Source: Candidatus Micrarchaeota archaeon (lineage in GTDB: Archaea; Micrarchaeota; Micrarchaeia; Anstonellales; Bilamarchaeaceae). From it: 64,000 bases of DNA. Below are positions 36,659 to 44,501 of the stretch, piece after piece; positions within the stretch are counted from its first letter, which is position 1, and the number at the start of each line of letters is the position of its first letter. The stretch covers positions 6,476 to 70,475 of the forward strand of contig CAZPPT010000004.1 of NCBI GenBank assembly GCA_964588555.1, given 5' to 3'. Below the pieces are notes generated by a model. The model had not been told where the DNA came from and did not search any database. It worked only from the letters and a program-made list of their open reading frames with translations. Made by a program: the position numbers and the translations under genes.

Positions 36659-37429
36659 CTAAACCCTCCTTTTTGCGCCGTCGCGCACCGCATGTACCAT
36701 TTCCTTTATTTTTGCAACCGCATTGCTTTCTTCAAATGCGGTTCCGACCTGGATTGCGGCTGCACCTGCCTTTGCGACGCCTTTTGCCTCCTCAGCAGTC
36801 CGGATGCCCCCTGCGACAATGTATGGGATGTCAATCATCTTTGCAACTGTTGCAACCATCTCAAGCGGGACGTGCCCTTCCTTTGGGTTGCTTCCCGTGT
36901 CCGTGATCACAAAGCGCATCCCTAAATATTGCGCAGCAAGCGCAAGGGACGCCGCAAGCTTTGGCTTGTCCCGTGGCATTGCATTTACCTCCCCGACATG
37001 GCCGACCGTTCCGCCCGGTTCGACGACAATGTAGCCGACAGGAAGCGGCTCTATCCCATATTGCCTTACGATCGGTGCGGCAAGCATCTGGGCGCCGGTG
37101 ATCCAGTAGGGGTTTTGTGAGTTAAGTAATGACATAAAATAGACTGCATCGGCATATTTGGTCACGGTGCCGATGTTTCCGGGGAAAAGGACTACCGGCA
37201 CGTTTACGTTTTCTTTGATCTTGCGCGTCAGGCCGTCAAGCATCTCGCCCTGCACGCCCGTGCTTCCGCCGATAAGGACAAGGTCGCTTCCCGCATCAGA
37301 GGCGTTCTTGGCAGTTTTTATCGCGTCTTCGGCACTTTTGTAATCAAGCGGGTCGATAAGCGCAAAAAGGAGGCAGCCTTTTTTCTCTATTTCGTTATTT
37401 ATGTATTTCTCTATCTTGCCGGTTTTCAT
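36659..37429 (-). CDS. geranylgeranylglyceryl phosphate synthase
   Basis: PcrB/GGGPS pattern: LFALIDP, LVLIGGSTG, VLFPGN, IVAGGIRT. 256 aa. Confidence 0.85.
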   Translation of the reverse strand: MKTGKIEKYINNEIEKKGCLLFALIDPLDYKSAEDAIKTAKNASDAGSDLVLIGGSTGVQGEMLDGLTRKIKENVNVPVVLFPGNIGTVTKYADAVYFMSLLNSQNPYWITGAQMLAAPIVRQYGIEPLPVGYIVVEPGGTVGHVGEVNAMPRDKPKLAASLALAAQYLGMRFVITDTGSNPKEGHVPLEMVATVAKMIDIPYIVAGGIRTAEEAKGVAKAGAAAIQVGTAFEESNAVAKIKEMVHAVRDGAKRRV

Positions 37430-37549
37430 AGAAAACTATCGCTCGCATTGTTTTAAAATGTGATGAATCTTCTGCCACACAACGGGTAAATAGAGTGGGA
37501 CATACATTTATTTAAAAATACTGTGGGATATGTATATATTGGTGGGATC

Positions 37550-37780
37550 ATGTATCATATTAGCTTAGATAAAAAAGGACGTATCGTTATTCCATCTGCA
37601 ATTAGGGAAAAATACGGGCTTGAAGAAGTAGAACTACGCGAGGAAAACGGAAAGATTGTACTCGAACCTATACAGCATATTGATGACCCTATCGCGTATC
37701 TTGCTTCATTTTCAATTAAAACAAAAAAATCACCAAAGGAGCTTAAAAAAGAAGCACAAGAATTAATGGGGCGCATGTAA
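37550..37780 (+). CDS. vapB: AbrB/SpoVT-type antitoxin (VapB-like)
   Basis: ATG after GGTGGG. LDKKGRIVIPSAIREKYGL. Confidence 0.75.
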   Translation: MYHISLDKKGRIVIPSAIREKYGLEEVELREENGKIVLEPIQHIDDPIAYLASFSIKTKKSPKELKKEAQELMGRM

Positions 37781-38172
37781 TGTATTATGTTGATACTGAT
37801 TTTTTCCTTGCCCTTGTGAAGGAAACTGATTGGATGAAGGAGAAAGCAATTAATTTTTCCAGAACTAATTCTCTCTTTAAAGAGAAACAGGTTGTAACAT
37901 CTTCCTTTGCCCTACTGGAAACATGGTTTATCCTTGAAAGAAACAAGGCATTTAAGCGCGAAGTTTTTCATGCTATTCGTCAAATTGTCTCTGGCATCTA
38001 TGAATTAAGTACTGACCATCTTGAATATGCGGCATATCTAAAAGAGGCGCATAATTTGAATATTGGAGATGCGATTCATGCATCATTTGCTCTGCAAGAA
38101 GATGGAATAATTAGCAGTGATGATTCATTTGATTATGTTGCTGGATTAAAGCGTATAGATTTTCTCAAATAA
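37780..38172 (+). CDS. vapC: PIN-domain toxin (VapC-like)
   Basis: MYYVDTDFFLAL, GDAIHASFA and ISSDDSFD acidic positions. Overlaps the antitoxin stop. Confidence 0.75.
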   Translation: MYYVDTDFFLALVKETDWMKEKAINFSRTNSLFKEKQVVTSSFALLETWFILERNKAFKREVFHAIRQIVSGIYELSTDHLEYAAYLKEAHNLNIGDAIHASFALQEDGIISSDDSFDYVAGLKRIDFLK

Positions 38173-39033
38173 TTATTTCTTCTGCACAACCTCGCCCGCA
38201 ACAACAAACACGCCAACTGCAACTGTATCCACTGCCGCAGTATCAATATGCGCGCCAAATGCATGCGGCTCACCGAATTTAGCGGCCTCAAAGCCATGCG
38301 TGTGTACCTTCCGTTCAAATCCATTGATGTCCTCACCAAGCAGCGTTTGATATAAGAAGAGTGCTTTTTTGTCCTTCATTTCAAAATGATTGAGCACTGT
38401 TTGTGGTGATGAGCGCATAAAGATATATCCCCTCATTTCGCTAAACGAGCCGCTCATGACACCGGTAATCGTTTTCTTTTTGTCCCCTACTAGTCCCGCA
38501 ACCTTTTCCATGCCCTCGACTACCGAATCAGCATTGTCAAATACGACAACAAAAACACGGTCTTTTGTACCATTAATCTGCTTTCGTGCAGTAAGGACGC
38601 ATAACGGATATACGTTGATCGCCTCGACCATCATGGCCGTGTGCCTGCCGCCGTCAATATGGATCCGCATCGGCGAACCGCCCGGCAAATATATCAACTC
38701 ACCTGCGTTTTTACCGTTGTTAAATGTAAATCCACCAAGGCCGCCCACGATTTCAAAATCATCAGCCTTAATCTTTTTTACTTCCTTGTCAATGTCGTAT
38801 ATCTCGCTTAACTGGACCGGGGAGGGCTTCTCGATCCGTTCGTTGAACTTTTCAGATGTACCATACACAAATACCTTGTCCTCGCATCCCATCTTCAATA
38901 ATTCAGTGCAGTATTTGAGCTGCCAGTTGAGGAGCGTCCGGTGTTCATCACCTAGGCGGGCATGCCGTAATACGTCAATCTCCTTCTTAAGGAGCTCCTT
39001 ATCCTTTGGGTTTGCTAAATCAAACAGTTTCAT
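38173..39033 (-). CDS. conserved-looking hypothetical protein
   Basis: 286-aa ORF with globular composition. I cannot assign a family. Confidence 0.55.
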   Translation of the reverse strand: MKLFDLANPKDKELLKKEIDVLRHARLGDEHRTLLNWQLKYCTELLKMGCEDKVFVYGTSEKFNERIEKPSPVQLSEIYDIDKEVKKIKADDFEIVGGLGGFTFNNGKNAGELIYLPGGSPMRIHIDGGRHTAMMVEAINVYPLCVLTARKQINGTKDRVFVVVFDNADSVVEGMEKVAGLVGDKKKTITGVMSGSFSEMRGYIFMRSSPQTVLNHFEMKDKKALFLYQTLLGEDINGFERKVHTHGFEAAKFGEPHAFGAHIDTAAVDTVAVGVFVVAGEVVQKK

Positions 39034-39095
39034 AGTTTCAACTCATAATTTGCAGCTATTAGACAGCGAATTCATAAATCCTTTTCGCTTTGCCC

Positions 39096-39956
39096 TTATA
39101 ATTTGAGTTCTTCTACCAGTTCCTTAATTCCCTCTTCAATACTCCGCGGCTTGAATTTCAGGATTTTCTGCGCTTTTGAGTAGTCAAACTTTCGGTCGCT
39201 TGCCAGGAACGATATGTACTCTTTTGGAAAGAGGCCGAGCATCCCGGCAATCCGTGCAACACCAACTGGCACGTGAAGCGTCGGCGGCTTTACCCCAAGA
39301 TTGCGAGCTGCGATTTCATATATCTTTTTCTGCTCAAGCGCCTCGCCTGAAACGACATATATGCCAGGGGGTGCCTTGAGCGCTCCCTTTACCGCCAGCG
39401 CGACATCGTCTGCGCTTACAAATGCAAGCCGGTTATTTCCGTCTCCAAGGATCGGCAGTTGCCTTCGTTTAACAAGCTTAAGCATCTTTGCAAAAATGGG
39501 GATGGATGGTGCATACACCGCAGCAATACGTAAGCTGATTGAGTCAGGGTGCGTAAGTACGATGTCTTCCCCCTCAAGCTTACTTATTGCGTATGCAGTA
39601 TCCGGTTTCACTGGCGTTTCTTCATCCACTGCCTCAAGCATGTGTTGTTTTCCATATACTGCAATTGATCCCGCATATATAATCCGAGCGTTTTGTGGTG
39701 TCGCGTTTACGACCCGTCTCGTTAATTCGACATTTATTTCCTTAAGCGCTTGTTCGTTTTCAAAATCAAGCGACCCGGCAAAATGGAGCACAACATCTGC
39801 ATCCCCTAAGATCTTACGAAGCGATTCCTCGCTAAAGTCAGTAACAATCTCGTTTTTGAAACCCGTTTTCTTTCTAACAAGCGGAATTACGTCTTTAATC
39901 TCCTTTCGTATTGCAGTGCCGATGACGCCTGTCGCACCGGTGAGATATATGTCCAT
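39096..39956 (-). CDS. NAD-dependent epimerase/dehydratase (extended SDR)
   Basis: N-terminal YLTGATGVIGTAI Rossmann motif and YAISK (YxxxK). Confidence 0.8.
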   Translation of the reverse strand: MDIYLTGATGVIGTAIRKEIKDVIPLVRKKTGFKNEIVTDFSEESLRKILGDADVVLHFAGSLDFENEQALKEINVELTRRVVNATPQNARIIYAGSIAVYGKQHMLEAVDEETPVKPDTAYAISKLEGEDIVLTHPDSISLRIAAVYAPSIPIFAKMLKLVKRRQLPILGDGNNRLAFVSADDVALAVKGALKAPPGIYVVSGEALEQKKIYEIAARNLGVKPPTLHVPVGVARIAGMLGLFPKEYISFLASDRKFDYSKAQKILKFKPRSIEEGIKELVEELKL

Positions 39957-39996
39957 AAATTAATGAGAAACTTCAGTATTATAAATGGGCGTTGTT

Positions 39997-40875
39997 CTAC
40001 AGAATTCCCTTTACAATTAAGGGAAACGCAATCGTCGCATCGCAATCTACCGTAACGTAGCGTGATTTTTCCCCTATTTTCCCCCACGAAATCGCTTCCT
40101 GCGTACGCGCCCCGCTCAGGCTTCCGTCCCAGGGGCTTGCGGTTGTGACATATACGGCATAGTCCAGTCCGCCGCGCAATATATTGACTCCGATGGCATG
40201 ATGTTTCGATATGCCGCCGCCAAGTATGATGCCGCCTGTTTTATTTGCATTAAGCACAATGTCTGCAAGTTCCTTCATGTCCTTGGTAACATCAATGCCA
40301 AAATCCTTATTTTTCTGCTTGAAAAAATATGTTTGCAGGCCGATAGCGCTGTCGGTAATTCCGGGGCAGAAAACAGGGATGTCGTTTTGCGAACACCAAT
40401 ATAAAAATGATCGTTCGTCATTAAGCGATACGCCGATCTCTTTAGCTATTTCACTTGGCGAAACGATCTTATTTTTTTTATATACGTGTTCGAAAATTGG
40501 CGTTATCCGTTTCTCAAGCTCCTCATAGCACTCGTTTGGAACAAGTATGTTCCCAATCCTATTCATTCCTTTTTTATGCAGCGCAACATCATCCATATAG
40601 AAATCGCCGATCTGGTAATTTTTATACGCCCGGATCAAATCATGGTCGATGCTTCCGCCTGCGGTAATGATTACATCGACAAATTTGCGTTTGCATAATT
40701 CTGCAAATAACCCGCGCAGGCCGCTTGCAACCATGTTTGAGGTAAACGAAAGGAAAACAACTGCATTTTCTTCCTTCATGAGCTTGATTGTTTCAATTGC
40801 ATGTGCAAGCTGCGTTGCCTGAAAACCTGTTGCAATAAAATCCGCGTCGCCAGCCGATAGATCCTTAATGTCCAT
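39997..40875 (-). CDS. dys: deoxyhypusine synthase
   Basis: GFQATQLAHAIETI, FLSFTSNMVASGLR, VDVIITAGGSIDHDL and ILGGGISKHH are characteristic DHS blocks. Confidence 0.85.
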   Translation of the reverse strand: MDIKDLSAGDADFIATGFQATQLAHAIETIKLMKEENAVVFLSFTSNMVASGLRGLFAELCKRKFVDVIITAGGSIDHDLIRAYKNYQIGDFYMDDVALHKKGMNRIGNILVPNECYEELEKRITPIFEHVYKKNKIVSPSEIAKEIGVSLNDERSFLYWCSQNDIPVFCPGITDSAIGLQTYFFKQKNKDFGIDVTKDMKELADIVLNANKTGGIILGGGISKHHAIGVNILRGGLDYAVYVTTASPWDGSLSGARTQEAISWGKIGEKSRYVTVDCDATIAFPLIVKGIL

Positions 40876-40896
40876 GGTATCATCTTTCTAACATAT

Positions 40897-41394
40897 TTAT
40901 TGTTGCAACTTACCTGATGGGCTACTGGTGTGTCTTTCAAGTGCCTGGTCGGCCATTTTTTCTACCTCATCCAACCGTTTAATTATCCGCCTAACCTCAT
41001 CTGAAAGTAATGCAGTTAATCGTATTAATTCCTTGTGGATCGATGAGGCAACCTTCATTGCAAACGCGCCTGCGGTGAAAAACGCGACTGCAACCCCAAT
41101 AAACAGGTTTTGGTTGCGCTCCAGTATAATGGCGATCATGCCCGCAATACATCCAAGTTCCGCACAGGTGTATGCCATGTTGTTGTATCGGTCAAGCGGC
41201 TTCTCAATACGTTGCCTCATGCCTTCCCGCACTTCGTCCCGTTGCAGCAGTAATTCAGCGGTCCTTTCAATCGGGTTATGGGTTCTCTCTGCATTTTGTA
41301 CAAGGAGTCGTATCTCCTCCTCAAGCAGCTTTGCGTCCCTGAACACTTTTTGCGTTCTTTTGGATCCGGCTGTCCGTACCGTAATATGCTGCAT
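40897..41394 (-). CDS. hypothetical membrane protein
   Basis: Track ORF trimmed to Met MQHITVRT because the longer N-terminus runs through tRNA-Pro. Two TM segments flanked by helical charged regions. Confidence 0.5.
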   Translation of the reverse strand: MQHITVRTAGSKRTQKVFRDAKLLEEEIRLLVQNAERTHNPIERTAELLLQRDEVREGMRQRIEKPLDRYNNMAYTCAELGCIAGMIAIILERNQNLFIGVAVAFFTAGAFAMKVASSIHKELIRLTALLSDEVRRIIKRLDEVEKMADQALERHTSSPSGKLQQ

Positions 41395-41451
41395 ATTAAT
41401 TCTATAATACATATAATTTTTAACACTATTTATCACAATTAGATGAAAAAA

Positions 41452-41524
41452 TGGGGTTGCCCAGATTTGAACTGGGATCACCGGCGCCCAAGGCCGACAG
41501 TCTGCCAGGTTAGCCCACAACCCC
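41452..41524 (-). tRNA. tRNA-Pro (UGG), intron-less
   Basis: GGGGTTG TG GGCT AACCTGGCA GACT G TCGGC CTTGGGC GCCGG TGAT CCCAG TTCAAAT CTGGG CAACCCC A. Perfect acceptor and T stems, G37, A73, oligo-T after. The D stem is weak. Confidence 0.85.
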
Positions 41525-41580
41525 AAAATAAGTATGAAATTAATGTAAAAGAGAATTTAAAAATAAATATCAAATGCCCT

Positions 41581-41781
41581 TTAGGTTTTCCTGCACTTTT
41601 TGTCTTTGGGCCCGCCATCAGGTTGCGGCTTGCCCGCCCGAACTGCCCTTTTCGCTGCGAACGGTTCACTTTTTGAAGACCGGCATACCAACGGTTCTTC
41701 CTGAGCCCGCCTCCTGGCCCGATCCACCCGTAACTGCTCGACGATTTGCCGTGTTATCCGTTCAAGTCTTTCGTGGCTCAT
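41581..41781 (-). CDS. possible small basic protein
   Basis: 66 aa, MSHERLERITRQIVEQLRVDRARRRAQEE..., GGAG 8 nt upstream. Lies between two tRNA genes. No homology recognisable. Confidence 0.3.
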   Translation of the reverse strand: MSHERLERITRQIVEQLRVDRARRRAQEEPLVCRSSKSEPFAAKRAVRAGKPQPDGGPKDKKCRKT

Positions 41782-41802
41782 ATGCTTATCTCCTTAGATA
41801 AT

Positions 41803-41926
41803 AGCCCCCGGAGGGAATATCAGTTTCCTGTTTCCGGTCTTTAGTTTGACTGCTAGAAACAAGACACGTTTGAACCCCCGGCCTATCGCTTACGAAGCGA
41901 TCGCTCTACCGCTGAGCTACAGAGGC
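41803..41926 (-). tRNA. tRNA-Thr (CGU) with 52-nt T-loop intron
   Basis: GCCTCTG TA GCTC AGCGGTA GAGC G ATCGC TTCGTAA GCGAT AGGCC GGGGG TTCAAA|[52 nt, 41817..41868]|T CCCTC CGGGGGC T. The intron folds as GTGTCTTGTTTCT/GGAAACAGGAAAC. Confidence 0.8.
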
Positions 41927-41968
41927 TTAGGTACATATTCGTGTATCGAAAAAAATAAGAATAAACCG

Positions 41969-43159
41969 TTACTTATTTACGTCAGCATAGTTGACGACTT
42001 GGTTTCTGCCATGGTCTTTTGCATATTGAAGCGCCTTATTTGCAAGTTCCTTGACTTGCGTTCCAAGGTTGTTCCCTTCAGCGCTTATTGATACGCTGTC
42101 AACTATCCCTGCACTTACGGTGACGGAAAATGCATCATGGTCGTTATACATTATTTGATGGCTTTCAACCTTTGCCCTGAGCCGGTCTGCGATAACGGTA
42201 GCCTGCCCTGCATCTACGCCAAATAGTATAAGGATGAACTCTTCACCCCCCCAGCGGTACAACTTATCAGGATAGGATATCGACGTCGTTACCGCTTCAT
42301 CCCATCCTTGTCCTTCTGGCGGCCTGAGGCTGTTTGGTGGCGGAGGCGGGTCACTGAGGCGCCTTCCCGGCCGATTGGATTCACGTGAAACGCTTTTTCG
42401 TGCATTTGCGGATATCACGTGTGCAACCTCTGAAAGGGCATAATCTGCTATGAAATAACCGTGTTTCGTATTGACTTTTTTAAAATGGTCTATGTCAAAT
42501 ATGACTACGGAGAATGGGGCCTTTGTCCGCACGAGGTCCTTAAGGTCTGCCTCAAATTCTCTTTTTCCAGGCAAGCTCGTGGCATAATCAAAATTGTTCC
42601 GCATATAAAATACGACTGATGACGCGATTGCCGCTCCGACGGACATCGACCGCTTCGGAATACGCGTAATCGAGTCCCTGAGGCTAAGGTCCGTACCTTC
42701 CAGTGCAAGCAGGCCAATAATCTTTGCATTTGGCTTGTTCGACTCTGTTAAGGCTATGAGTATGTGGTCTTTTCCATCAGATGCATGCATCCGTATTTTT
42801 CGTGCAGCAGTATCAAACGGTGTCAAGTTAAATGCATATTGGCTTGTCCCATGGATAAATAACGGGCTTCTGTGCCTTATTGAATGGAGTGCCAAGTCAT
42901 GCTCAAATCTATTCTCAGGTCTGTCAGACGGGTATGTAGTATATGGATACAGCCTATCGTTTTCATACGTATATACTGATACGGAAGTTGCGCCTGCAAA
43001 CATTTCTTTAGCGAGTGCCAGTAATTCCGAGAATGTATGGACATCATTTACAAGCCTGCTGAATTCCCGATGGGCGGCGAGTTCCGGGTTTCCCAGTAGC
43101 CTATTCAAGAACTGTTTTCGTGGCATGACTGGCAGTGGCCCTACAGTTAGTCGTTTCAT
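41969..43159 (-). CDS. GGDEF-domain protein (diguanylate cyclase-like) with N-terminal sensor-like domain
   Basis: VVIFDIDHFKKVNTKHG, RWGGEEFILIL, VTVSAGI and KALQYAKDHGRNQVV occur in GGDEF order. A ~40-aa Pro-rich insert sits before the GGEEF loop. Confidence 0.8.
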   Translation of the reverse strand: MKRLTVGPLPVMPRKQFLNRLLGNPELAAHREFSRLVNDVHTFSELLALAKEMFAGATSVSVYTYENDRLYPYTTYPSDRPENRFEHDLALHSIRHRSPLFIHGTSQYAFNLTPFDTAARKIRMHASDGKDHILIALTESNKPNAKIIGLLALEGTDLSLRDSITRIPKRSMSVGAAIASSVVFYMRNNFDYATSLPGKREFEADLKDLVRTKAPFSVVIFDIDHFKKVNTKHGYFIADYALSEVAHVISANARKSVSRESNRPGRRLSDPPPPPNSLRPPEGQGWDEAVTTSISYPDKLYRWGGEEFILILFGVDAGQATVIADRLRAKVESHQIMYNDHDAFSVTVSAGIVDSVSISAEGNNLGTQVKELANKALQYAKDHGRNQVVNYADVNK

Positions 43160-43218
43160 ACAATTATTGTACCTAAAACTCTATTTAAATGTTTCTATTT
43201 ATGGAAAAAGAAGAAAAA

Positions 43219-43594
43219 CGCTGAGGACAGGATCTGTTCCTTTCGCCCTTTTTAGATTCATACGCCCTTCCTGTGTAAAAAAGGGCGAGCCCCAAAAACA
43301 GAAGAATCTGTTATTGGTGATCTAAACGGACGAAGTTCAACCGAAAATCTACGGTACACCACCGCAGGGTTTTTGGGATGAAGCGTAGACCTTTTGCCAT
43401 AAGAATGGCACAAGTCAAAAGGGCTCCGCATTGAACCTGTAATCCACGAGGGATCGGTTTACTCGTAACCTGGTTCGAGATTCGCCCCTTGGCCTAACCC
43501 TTCTAAGGGGGTGAGGCCTTAGGGGGCTCCAAGAGACACCTAAGTGCCCCCTAGGCTTCAAGACCGACGCACTACCAGGTTATGCGACCTCAGC
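43219..43594 (-). tRNA. tRNA-Ser (UGA) with two large introns
   Basis: GCTGAGG TC GCAT AACCTGGTA GTGC G TCGGT CTTGAA|[97 nt, 43460..43556]|A ACCGA TCCCTCGTGGATT ACAGG TTCAA(T)|[~197 nt, ~43233..43430]|(A)T CCTGT CCTCAGC G. All four stems are perfect or have one G-U. Long variable arm, G73, oligo-T after. Confidence 0.8.
43241..43377 (-). repeat. conserved intron module, copy 3 (tRNA-Ser T-loop intron)
   Basis: Plus strand reads tttcgccc ... gggcgagccccaaaaac-(69 nt)-gtttttggg. Confidence 0.6.
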
Positions 43595-43619
43595 ATCAAA
43601 CTTTTAGGAAAAGTTTGAT
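43595..43619. repeat. perfect 11-bp inverted repeat abutting the tRNA-Ser 5' end
   Basis: atcaaactttt-agg-aaaagtttgat. It begins at the nucleotide next to tRNA position 1. Confidence 0.6.
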
Positions 43620-43728
43620 CAAAACGTTCTGTTCATTTATTAACTGGGATAACCCAGTCTAACTAAACAAAGAGCTACATATATATACAACCGTCAGCTT
43701 TAATTTCTTTGCCTTTATAGCTCTATTT

Positions 43729-44379
43729 ATGATTATCCTCAATTTAAAGACATATCCGCGCACACTGGAGAAATCTCTCTCTTTTGTTGAGGTTGCGCAT
43801 GAGGTGACAGAAGATACAGATGTGCGCATTATCGTCTGTCCGCCTGCAATTTTTTTGAAGGAAGCGCGCGAACTATTTGAAGGGATTTTTGCTCAGCATA
43901 CTGATGTAAATGACCCTGGTGCTCATACTGGTGAGATTCCGGCCGAAGCGCTTAAATCCATTAAAATACGTGGCTCGCTTCTCAATCATTCTGAACGGAA
44001 ACTCGAGTTATCAGTTGTTAAAAAAACGATCGAGCGCCTTGCAGCACATGGGTTAGAAAGCGTTGCGTGTGCGGCAACTCCGGAAGAGGTGAGTACCATT
44101 GCCTCGTATGATCCAACTGCTATTGCAGTTGAACCACCTGAATTAATCGGAAGCGGCATAAGCGTTTCAAAGGCAAGGCCTGAAATCGTTACTGAAAGCG
44201 TTGCGCGGATTGCCCGAGTCAATACAAAAATAATTCCCCTCTGCGGCGCAGGGGTAAGCAACAAGGATGACGTAAAAAAGGCACTCGAATTGGGAAGTAA
44301 GGGCGTGCTTTTGGCAAGTGCGTTTGTGAATGCAAAAGACCCCAAAAAATTCCTTGAGGAACTGGTGAGCGTATTCTAG
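43729..44379 (+). CDS. tpiA: triosephosphate isomerase (short archaeal type)
   Basis: 216 aa. ILNLKTY, LLNHSERK (catalytic His) and AVEPPELIGSG (catalytic Glu). Confidence 0.85.
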   Translation: MIILNLKTYPRTLEKSLSFVEVAHEVTEDTDVRIIVCPPAIFLKEARELFEGIFAQHTDVNDPGAHTGEIPAEALKSIKIRGSLLNHSERKLELSVVKKTIERLAAHGLESVACAATPEEVSTIASYDPTAIAVEPPELIGSGISVSKARPEIVTESVARIARVNTKIIPLCGAGVSNKDDVKKALELGSKGVLLASAFVNAKDPKKFLEELVSVF

Positions 44380-44501
44380 AAATACTTTATTTTTTCCTTG
44401 CACTTCTTTCCGGCGCTCTTGTAAAATTAGTTGATGATATTGAGGATAAACGAAACGGCAAATCAATTGTCAAATGGCCGCTTGCAGTTGCGTATGGCGC
44501 A

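Noticed and set aside
38390-39106. A 238-aa plus-strand ORF. Similar long antisense ORFs occur at 39301..39963, 56311..57042, 16038..16778, 35813..36409 and 45537..46070.
   Set aside because: Each lies fully antisense to an ORF with clear family motifs or better composition, and is Ser/Pro/Arg-rich as expected of shadow frames.
41395-41526. The N-terminal 44 codons of the 40897..41526 ORF.
   Set aside because: They run through the tRNA-Pro gene. The CDS was trimmed to the Met at 41394.
42290-42420. The Pro-rich ~40-aa insert in the GGDEF protein as another in-frame intron.
   Set aside because: The frame is open with no stop, and I could not draw a BHB or flanking exon helix. I treated it as a protein-level insertion.
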